Of a stretch of 64,000 nucleotides of DNA, positions 54,288 through 64,000 are shown in pieces. The first letter of the stretch is position 1. Every line of letters begins with the position of its first letter. Source of the DNA: Octopus sinensis (taxonomy: Eukaryota); NCBI RefSeq assembly GCF_006345805.1, contig NC_043004.1:16864001-16928000 (forward strand), given 5' to 3'. The notes under the pieces were generated by a model that was not told where the DNA came from, did not search any database, and saw only the letters and a list, made by a program, of their open reading frames with translations. The position numbers were made by a program, and so were the translations under genes.

Positions 54288-54677
54288 ATATATATATAGA
54301 TATAAATCTTTCAGGGAATGCATATAAGTAGGGAAAGTGAGAGAGAGAGAGAGATGGAAGGTGTAGAACAAATGTGTTGTTAGTATATTGCTTGCTTTTT
54401 TTTGTGAAAAAATCACGTTGAGTCTTCTGTAATGATAGATGGATGGCGTGGGTTCCATATAGAAGATGGGAAATATGTAGGAAAAACTATAACCAAGAAA
54501 GTCAGAGTTAGAAAGAAAAAATGGTGGAGAAAATGTTATAAAGTTACACACAAAAAAAATACGAGACTTGTCATAAAATGACTAAACAGTGAAGATTTGG
54601 AAAGGAATACGGTTTGTACTCTTATTGTAATGGAAAGTTAAAGAAGAATGTCATCTATCTCAAGATGAACACACTGC

Positions 54678-54748
<71 letters not shown>

Positions 54749-55226
54749 TGTGTGTGTGTATGTATGCCTGTGTGTATGTGTGTGTATGTATATATATATA
54801 TATATATATATGCTCATATGCATATACAAACGCTTATACACACACGAATATGTGGATCCAAATGTGTATTTGTATAAGTACATGGTCATGTATACACGTT
54901 TAACAAATGCACTTACACATATATACACACACACACACACACCTTAAACATAAACGCATACATGTGCATGCATTAGATTATGTATGTCTGTGTTTTATGC
55001 TTGAAAATAAATGCGCCTATATTTATATGCGTATGTAAAATCGCTTTCTGGGCATGCTGTATATATGAGCATATATAAGCATATGTGAGTGTGTTTTTGT
55101 GAGTGCGTGTATGTGTGTGTTTCAGTGTGCATGTATGTGTGTATGTATAAACATCAACTGAGATACCGATGTATGCTGTCATAATCACGTGTGCACATGC
55201 ATACTGATACGCACACACACACGCAT

Positions 55227-55261
<35 letters not shown>

Positions 55262-55499
55262 CAGCTTCATGCATATGCATTCATACACACATACAGTAGG
55301 ATACACAAGTGCAGCCAAATTATATTTGAGAGATATGCGTCATGCGCACCATCAAAGTTATATGCATACATTTCCATACATATATACAACTACACTTAAA
55401 CGCTTTAATAGATTAAAAATGTATACATATCTAAAATAGAATAATAAAAAAAATGTGCAAAATATACAGATAAATCCGCAAACATCCAATTAAAGTTAC

Positions 55500-56400
55500 G
55501 CGGGAGAAAGAGTGCGAGAGAGAGACAGGGAGACAGAGAGAGACGGGGAGACAGAGAGAGACAGGGGAGAGAATGAAGGATTGAGGGAAGAAAAAATTGA
55601 AGCATGGAGTCTAGGTATGTGGATGAAGTGGTGCGTAGAATTGGAGAAAGAAACTATGAAGGAAGAGGGGAAAAAGAGAGGGGAGGAAGGAAGGAAGGAA
55701 AAAAGGAAGGATAGAAGGAAGGGACGAAGAAACGAAGGAGCGAACGAACGAACGAACGGCGGGATGGAGGGACAGAAGGAGGGGGAGGGGGTTACAAGAG
55801 AAAAAAGAAAGAATTAATGAATGAAAAAGAGAGAGAAAGAAAACGAATGAAAGAAAGAAAAAAAGAATGAATGAATGAATGAAAGAAACAAACAAACAAA
55901 CAAACAAACAAACAATGGATGGTAGACAGAGAGAAAGAAAAAGAGGAAAGAAGAAATATAGGAAGGAAATCAGGAACAAGCAAAGATGAATAGATGGCAA
56001 AGGTGTGAAGGAACGAAAGAATGATAGACAGAAAGGAGTAAATGAAGGAAGGATACAAGCGGGAATAAAGAACTAATGAAAAGAGAGAAAAATTGAGAAA
56101 GGAAGGAGGAAGGAAGAACGACAGAAGTAATGAATGAATGAACGAAAATGAAGAGATAAAAGTAAGAAACTGAAGCAAGATGAGATGTTTGGAAAGGTGA
56201 TAAATGAAGGAGTGGGAAAAAAATTGAAAAAAAAATTATTGAAAGAGAACAGACTGAGAGAAAAAAAAAAAGAGAACATAACAGGGGAAAGAAAGAAGGA
56301 AACAAAAGAAAAACAGAAGAAAACATAAAAGAGACTACAAACAAATAAACAAAGCAAAAAAAAAGGAAATTATGCGAGGAAAAATGGAGGAAGGAACATA
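55500..56400 (+). repeat. ~900-bp purine-rich low-complexity tract (GA/GGAA/GAAA/GAAT)
   Basis: Directly visible strand-biased composition. Confidence 0.9.
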
Positions 56401-57209
56401 AAAAAATGGAAAATGACGGGAAAATTATTTTTCAAAATCCATTTGAACTCCTACATCAAAAGATATTAATGTAACGTAGTATCAGTAGAACTTACAATGA
56501 ATTGTGTTGCTAGTGTCTATATTCCAACACAATTCCACAAGTTGTTGTTTTGTTGTTGTTGTTGATAGGATAGTGGTAGTTGTGGTGGAGGTAGTGGTGG
56601 TGGTGGTGGTGGTGGTTTGGCGCTCTTTGCTAATGTTACTCGTTGTGATGGCGACTGTGTTTATAGTAGTTAGTCATTGTTGCAGTAGCAGACAAACTTG
56701 CTGAGTTAGTAGTATTTATTGTTGTTGCTATTATAGTCATAATATTAGTTGTTGTAGTTATTGTGTTTGTTGTTTTACATGTAGTAGTAGTATTCACAGC
56801 AATAATTGCAGTGGTAGTGTACAAAATACGATACGTTTGTTGCATTCTCTCGTCAGCTTGGTCGCTTGCTTTCTCTCTTATTATTTTATTATTTCCTCTC
56901 TAGAATAAAGGAATAAACTTGTTTCAGATATTACAAACGAAGTGTATTAAATGCAGAGACTTGCAATTATTGTCAGACCGATTAAACAACAGAAATCAGT
57001 GGTGAAATATATTCACTCTTACACACTAATGCAGGCTGGATTTCTGTGATGTGCACTAAAGTTATCTCTTGTCTGTATTTTGTTTAAAAAACCAAAAACA
57101 AACCAATTTGACTAAACATAGTCGTGAGTGAATAAATAGCAATATCAAATTGAGACGAGAATAAAGTACGAGAGATTATTATTATTATTATTATTGTTAT
57201 TATTATTAT

Positions 57210-57264
<55 letters not shown>

Positions 57265-57340
57265 GGTGGTGGTGGTGGTGGTGGTGGTGGTGGTGGTGGT
57301 AGTAGTAGTAGTAGTAGAGTAGTAGTAGTAGTAGTAGTAC

Positions 57341-57920
57341 AGGCGGCGAGATGGCGGAAATGTTAGCACACCGGGCGAAATGCTTAGCAGCATTTCGTCT
57401 GCCGTTTGGTTCTGAGTTCAAATTCCGCCGAGGTCGACTTTGCCTTTCATCCTTTCGGGGTCGATAAATTAAGTACCAGTTACGCACTGGAGTCGATGTA
57501 ATCGACTTAACCCCTCTATCTGTCCTTGTTTGTCTCCTCTATGTTTAGCCTCTTGTGGGCAATAAAGAAATAAAATAGGTATTTCATCTACCGCTACGTT
57601 CTGAGTTCAACTTCCACCGAGGTCGACTTTGCCTTTCATCCTTTCGGGGTCGATTAAATAAGTACCAGTTACGCACTGGGGTCGAGGTAATCGAATTAAT
57701 CCGCTTGTCTGTCCTTGTTTGTTCTCTCTATGTTTAACCCCTTGTGGGTAGTAAAGAAATAGGTATTTCGTCTGCCGCTACGTTCTGAGTTCAAATTCCG
57801 CCGAGGTCGACTTTGCCTTTCAACCTTTCGTAAAATAAGTAGCAGTTGACCACTAGTGTCCATGTAATCGACTCATCCTCTCCTCTCAAAATTGCTACCC
57901 TTGTGGCAAAATTTGAAACC
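57341..57920 (+). mobile_element. SINE family A trimer
   Basis: One head plus three bodies starting at 57389, 57578 and 57762. Confidence 0.88.
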
Positions 57921-57932
57921 CTTCTTCTTCTT

Positions 57933-57966
<34 letters not shown>

Positions 57967-57995
57967 TATATTATTATTATTACTATTACTATTAC

Positions 57996-58027
<32 letters not shown>

Positions 58028-58028
58028 T

Positions 58029-58435
58029 ATGTTTGATTTTTGCTTTACATTTGTACAAGTTGGCTCCAAGTCTCACCCAGAGACCTCAAGAGCAACGAGT
58101 TGGAAGTTCATAGCTGGTGTTATGCTTAGGGTGCCATATATTTGGTTTTGTACATAGTGTTGTACAAGTGAATGTTTAAGAAAGCATAAGAAAATTATGT
58201 GTTTGCTTTAAAACTTGAGATTACATAGAAAGTATTTTGCGTAGGATATGAGCAGTTCCCATGAGCACTATCTTTTGAATTTCTGCCATTTTTGAGTTTC
58301 CTGGTATCTGAGTTAGGTAGCAATGATGTCTGGCCTATTCGCATCTATCTTTCTGTCAGTTTGAATGGTGACGTTCCAGAGGTGCGAGATGTGATCATTT
58401 TCAAGCAATGGAGGTGGTTTGTGTACCCACCAATT
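58029..58435 (-). mobile_element. Truncated R4/Dong 3' end with internal deletion, in (TAA)n
   Basis: WWVHKPPPLLENDHISHLWNVTIQTDRKIDANRPDII joined directly to the ..LTQIPG region; 3' UTR as at 4095-4270. Confidence 0.85.
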
Positions 58436-58449
58436 ATTTTTTTTTATTA

Positions 58450-58507
<58 letters not shown>

Positions 58508-58540
58508 CATTATTATTATTATTATTATTATTACTATTGT

Positions 58541-58982
58541 ATGTTTGACTTTTGCTTTGTATTTGTACAAGTTGACTCCAAGTCTCACCCAGAGATCTCA
58601 AGAGACAAGCTGGAAATTCATGTTGGTGTTATGCCTAGGGTGTCATATATCTGGTTTGCACATAGTATTGTTCTAGAGAATGTTTAAGTAAACAAGAAAC
58701 TTATGACTTTGTTTTAAAATCTGAGGTTACAGAGATAGTATTTTACGTAGGATACGGATAGTTTCCAGAAGCACTATCTTTTGAATTTCTACCATTTTGG
58801 GGTTTCCTTGTATCTGAGCTAGGTAGGAGTCAGCCACTTTTACTATCATTCTTAGAGTACCTATAATAACAGGTATTGTTTTAGTCTTGAGGTTCCACAT
58901 TTTACCAATTTCTATTTCAAGATCTTTATACTTGCTCAGATTTTGGTAGGTCTTGACGGAAGCATTTATGTCGATTGGGACA
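58541..58982 (-). mobile_element. Truncated R4/Dong 3' end, in (TAA)n
   Basis: VPIDINASVKTYQNLSKYKDLEIEIGKMWNLKTKTIPVIIG..ILRKILSL*. Confidence 0.88.
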
Positions 58983-58985
58983 TTA

Positions 58986-59034
<49 letters not shown>

Positions 59035-59478
59035 GAAGGTAGTGCTCGAAATGAGGATAGATGGACAGCCAGCAAGTGATGAAGTGTCGTCCTTGTCCTG
59101 TTTACCATATATTTCTCTCGTTGTTAGCGTATTTAACTCATTTGTTTTCGTATTTCATATGGTAAACGGTTTGCGACATCCTGTACCCATATATATATAT
59201 ATTGTCAGTAAAAAAGGGTAGAATTAATTAATTGTTAATCAATTCGACCAAGCAGTATTCGGTATGTAAAAGGACCATTTACGGTATATTTGAAGTATTA
59301 ATTTATAAAAATATGGTAAAGTAAAAAAATTCACTTTACCGCACACCGAACTTTTCAGAAATAGCAGCCAAAAATTTGGCTGTTTCTTCAACTGCAAGTA
59401 AAAGTCTCCAGACAATGCATACTCAGAAAATAACTCACATAGGTATAAGGGAAAAACAATGAAAGATCACATCCATAT

Positions 59479-59554
59479 AAGATACCCGAGAACAGCCTGT
59501 TTCTAGATTCGTGGGTTAAACGCCACTTTTTCTTCATCAGCTCAGAGATTTCTT
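59479..59554 (-). ncRNA. Type I hammerhead ribozyme candidate, family 3 (copy 1)
   Basis: AAGA-AAUC-UCUGAG-CUGAUGA-AGAAAAA-GUGG(8 nt)CCAC-GAAUCUA-GAAA-CA(GGC)UGU-U-CUCGGG-UA-UCUU. Confidence 0.62.
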
Positions 59555-60463
59555 CTGATTTGGATTTGAAAATACTAAGAACCAAACATACCCATCCGAT
59601 ATCTGTAACATCGGACAAACTATGCTGGACACCAAGTACTAGCGAATCCAAAAATACAAATGAGATCTATTATTCTCCCTGTCCACCCACGTGAGTCATA
59701 GAGTAGTGCATTTCTACAGAGGCAAAAACTGTAGTTCAAATTCTTGGAGAGAAAGCATTATATTGTCAATAAAAAAGGGTAGAATTAATTAATTGTTAAT
59801 CAATTCGACCAAGCAGTATTCGGTATGTAAAAGGATCATTTACGGTATATTTGAATTTATAAAAATATGGTAAAGTAAAAAAATTCACTTTACCGCACAC
59901 CGAACTTTTCAGAAATAGCAGCCAAATATTTGGCGTTTAACCCACGAATCTAGAAACAGGCTGTTCTCGGGTATCTTATATGGATGTGGTCTTTCATTGT
60001 TTTTCCCTTATACCTATGTGAGTTATTTTCTGAGTATGCATTGTCTGGAGACTTTTACTTGCAGTTGAAGAAATAGCCAAAATTTTGGCTGCTATTTCTG
60101 AAAAGTTCGGTGTGCGGTAAAGTGATTTTTTTTTACTTTACCATATTTTTATAAATTAATACATCAAATATACCGTAAATGGTCCTTTTACATACCGAAT
60201 ACTGCTTGGTCGAATTGATTAACAATTAATTAATTCTACCCTTTTTTACTGACAATATAATGCTTTCTCTCCAAGAATTTGAACTACAGTTTTTGCCTCT
60301 GTAGAAATGCACTACTCTATGACTCACGTGGGTGGACAGGGAGAATAATAGATCTCATTTGTATTTTTGGATTCGCTAGTACTGGGTGTCCAGCATAGTT
60401 TGTCCGATGTTACAGATATCGGATGGGTATGTTTGGTTCTTAGTATTTTCAAATCCAAATCAG

Positions 60464-60539
60464 AAGAAATCTCTGAGCTGATGAAGGAAAAGTGGCGTTT
60501 AACCCACGAATCCAGAAACAGGCTGTTCTCGGGTATCTT
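60464..60539 (+). ncRNA. Type I hammerhead ribozyme candidate, family 3 (copy 3)
   Basis: Core CUGAUGA 60478-60484 and GAAA 60515-60518; stem III ACA/UGU; GUU triplet 60525-60527; stem I UCUGAG/CUCGGG plus AAGA/UCUU; stem II GGA/UCC plus GUGG/CCAC; non-canonical A-A at 10.1/11.1. Confidence 0.68.
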
Positions 60540-60768
60540 ATATGGATGTGATCTTTCATTGTTTTTCCCTTATACCTATGTGAGTTATTTTCTGAGTATG
60601 CATTGTCTGGAGACTTTTACTTGCAGTTGAAGAAATAGCCAATTTTTGGCTGCTATTTCTGAAAAGTTCGGTGTGCGGTAAAGTGAATTTTTTTACTTTA
60701 CCATATTTTTATAAATTAATACTTCAAATATATATATATATATATTATATATATATATATAATATATA

Positions 60769-60811
<43 letters not shown>

Positions 60812-60910
60812 ATATATGTATATATATATACACATATATATATATATGTGTGTGCGTGTATGTATGTATCTATGTATCTCTGTATGAACATATATGTATG
60901 CATATATATA

Positions 60911-60948
<38 letters not shown>

Positions 60949-61867
60949 GTTCCTGATTGGATATATTACGATTGTTGTGATGTTTCCACAACTCATCCCT
61001 TCATATCATTTTAACCTATTCATTTTTTTTTTTTATTCAGAATTCTATGGTTATGAATTTGAAACTAGAAAAACACAAACCGTGTTTCGGTGCAACACTA
61101 TATAAAGCTTAAGACCTTGGTAGTTCACCATGATAACTTCTAACAATATAAATCTCTCATTTACTTTCGCTTCATCACTCCAAGTATTTGTAAATTTTCT
61201 TTTGTGCCTTTTTCGTAGTTGCACCAAATTTAACTCCCGACAGTTAAATCATTAATCAAATTAACTCACCACGATTTCAAATCAGTCATTCAATTGTTTT
61301 GCCTAAATCAGTCACAGATTTTTAATTAAACTGATGTGGTAGGCATCTTCCTTTTAAATCACGCAAACTACTTACGACTCGACACCTACTGGAGTAGTTG
61401 TCACACTTTAATCAAATCACAGCCTGGTGTTTCAAAAACAAGAAGCAGAACATTATATAATACATTCGGGGATACGCAATACTTGAAAAGAGAAACAAGA
61501 TAAACATAGCTAGATCTGTTTCGATCATACACTGTCTCAATCAGTACCGACTGACCTACAACTGGGTAACAACAAAATCAACCACAACAACAAACTACGG
61601 TTTAATCCCAATCCGATTCTTCCTAACGTGAGGCCATCAGTATCCCAAAATTCTATCATTTAACTGGAGACTTTATATTTAACCTTTCCATTTTTGGCAG
61701 CAAAACCATTTAGGCTTAGCAGGTTTTAAACTTTTGTTTACGTTATACAGAGCATACGTGCTTTAATGTAGTAAAAATTTATTTGATTCTTATAATTAAA
61801 ATTTTAAGCATGCTATAGTCATTGAAATAAATAAATATATAAGTACATATATAAGTATTTATGTAGT

Positions 61868-62234
61868 CTTATATTCTTTCACTTGTTTCAGTCATTTGAC
61901 TGCGGCCATGCTGGGGAACCACCTTTAGTCGAACAACTCGACCCCAGGACTTATTCTTTGTAAGCTTAGTATTTATTCTATCGGTCTCTTTTTTGCCGAA
62001 CTGCTAAGCTACGGGGATGTACACACACCAATATCGGTTGTCATGTGATGGTGGGGGACAAACACAAACACACAAATACATACATACATATATATATATA
62101 TGACGGGATTCTTTCAGTTTCCGTCTAACAAATCCACTCACAAGGCCTTTCGTCGGCTCGAGGCTATAGCAGAAGACAGTTACCCAAGGTACCACGCAGT
62201 GGGACTGAACCCAGAACCATATTGTTGGGAAGCC
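61868..62234 (-). mobile_element. SINE family B, head clipped
   Basis: Tail and body as in other copies. Confidence 0.85.
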
Positions 62235-62284
62235 ATATATATTTATGTATTTCAAAAACCCCTGCATGCTTAAACTATATATAT

Positions 62285-62401
62285 CCAGCTGTGAAGAAGT
62301 ACCAGGAAGTAGTCGGGCTATTTTTAAGATTTCTAGGGAAATATTTGGTCGATTAAGTAACAGGCTGGCCCGCCTGCTTCCTGGAACTTCTTCACAGCAG
62401 G
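62285..62401. mobile_element. Small MITE-like element with ~35-bp inverted termini
   Basis: CC(A/T)GCTGTGAAGAAGT(A/T)CCAGGAAG.. at both ends in inverted orientation. Confidence 0.65.
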
Positions 62402-62709
62402 TTACGGCCTTAAACTAATCAATGTAACTGCTTGAAATAATATTATAGTTGTTTTGACTTCTTTGCACCTAGAATCTGCGTTATACTTCTCTCATTTTTC
62501 TATAAATTCGATTGTTCATTTTTAAAATATCGCTTGTTCATCATGTTGGCTGTTCAATAGGCAATCACCAATGTTTTTACCTTGCCTGTTTTAGCCAACT
62601 ATGGTGGATTTATACTATGATATAATTTATGGATACATCAAAAAATTTCTCCCGGCACAGCTGTAAGAAATTGTTGACCTCATCTGTTTTCTTTTTATAC
62701 ATAACTTTG

Positions 62710-62740
<31 letters not shown>

Positions 62741-63016
62741 ATGTGTGTGTGTGTGTGTGTGCGCGTCTGTGTGTGTGCGTCTGTGTGTGTTATGGTTCTT
62801 TTCAGTAGCTGGCGTCGCTTTCACAGCATTAACGTCACGTGAACTAATTTGACCAAGTCATTTTAAATTTGTCGCAAACCTCTCACTCTTCGCCTAGTAT
62901 GTGATATGGTGACATATCCTACGTGCCCACGAAAATCTAGCATATGGAACTGATTCAAGCTGCTATTACACACATACAAGCACGCACGCGCACACGCACA
63001 CACACATATAGATATA

Positions 63017-63432
63017 TATTTCTTTATTGACCACAAGGGGCTAAACATAGAGAGGACAAACAAGGACAGAAAAAGGGATTAAATTGAGTATATCGACCCC
63101 AGTGCGTAACTGGTACTTTATTTATCTACCCCGAGAGGATGAAAGGCAAAGTAAACCTCGGCGGAATTTGAACTCAGAACGTAACGGCAGACGAAATACC
63201 TATTTCTTTACTACCCACAAGGGGCTAAGCACAGAGAGGACAAGCAAGGAGAGACAAACGGATTAAGTCGATTATATAGACCCCAGTACGTAACTGGTAC
63301 TTATTTAATCGACCCCAAAAGGATGAAAGGTAAAGTCGACCTCGGCGGAATTTGAACTCAGAACGTAGCTGCAGACGAAATACCGTTAGGCATTTCGCCC
63401 GGCGTGCTAACGATTCTGCCAGCTCGCCGCCT
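63017..63432 (-). mobile_element. SINE family A dimer
   Basis: Head plus two 184-bp units, each ending ..TAAAGAAATA. Confidence 0.88.
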
Positions 63433-64000
63433 TACACACATATAGATATAACTTGTTTTAAATCTCTGAGCGAGAGATATATAGTAACAGTACCGAATAG
63501 AAAAGTTTATATGCCAACAGAATGTGGCAGTCCTATAAAGGACGCTGATGCTATTGTTTAAGCCCCAAGTAAACATCTTTTGCAGCTAGCCATCGACACA
63601 CAGTTTGTGTGCGTATAGCATTTGCAAGGGAGGTCATCGCTGTCATCTCTAGCCTTACGTGATACACACAGATCTAGGTTTCTGGAGGGCTACTAGTCCT
63701 CTGTGTGAGACAACCACATGGTAGTGACGAAAGCAATCTCCATATAGATCTCTCCACAAGCTAGTGACAAAGGCTTTCTCTATATATACATATACGATGA
63801 ACAGTGGAATGCTTTTTTTATATATAATTTAGCCATAGATATTCTCAGACAAATAAATTTAGTCTGTTTCAACTTAACTGAAGCCACTTTCTTATCAAAT
63901 GTAATTGAATATGAATATTTTGCATATTTTCATCTCTATTTTCCATATTAAATTTTTTTCGTCGCTACTGTTCTGTCTTTGCCATTTTAGATTACTCAGA

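Larger units (their letters stand above)
59200..60730. mobile_element. Tandem-plus-inverted array of a 561-bp HHR-bearing monomer (retrozyme-like or non-autonomous Penelope-like)
   Basis: Monomer 59200-59760, partial repeat 59761-59933, orientation switch at TGGC (~59931), inverted copies 59931-60257 and 60258-60730. Copies about 99% identical; TA repeats at both ends. Confidence 0.9.

Noticed and set aside
60367-60630. 87-aa ORF in the 561-bp monomer (also 59388-59651)
   Set aside because: Starts at a TTG, shows no motif, and its duplication simply reflects the young repeat.

Overview
AT-rich, microsatellite-saturated eukaryotic DNA with no recognisable host protein-coding gene. It is probably intergenic or deep intronic sequence of an octopod cephalopod; that is inferred from the SINE types and repeat composition, not verified. 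Content: three tRNA-derived SINE families (about 20 copies); a near-full-length decayed R4/Dong-type RLE retrotransposon plus several fragments, most bounded by (TAA)n; a decayed Hero-clade retrotransposon 3' half; a complete decayed Tc1 transposon with 29-bp TIRs; a mariner deletion derivative; a Helitron 3' end; L1/Tx1 and CR1-type fragments; several MITE-like palindromes. The most notable signal is a set of hammerhead-ribozyme (HHR)-like motifs found by eye in four contexts. (1) A 561-bp ORF-less monomer with a near-complete type I HHR, in a tandem-plus-inverted array at 59.2-60.7 kb (retrozyme- or Penelope-like). (2) A non-circularly permuted, pseudoknotted HHR-like motif in the putative Hero 3' UTR at 5.9 kb. 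(3, 4) Two families of minimal Penelope-type HHRs with palindromic stem III, one as a divergent inverted pair flanked by a 12-bp target-site duplication. All folds are manual and no cleavage activity has been shown.
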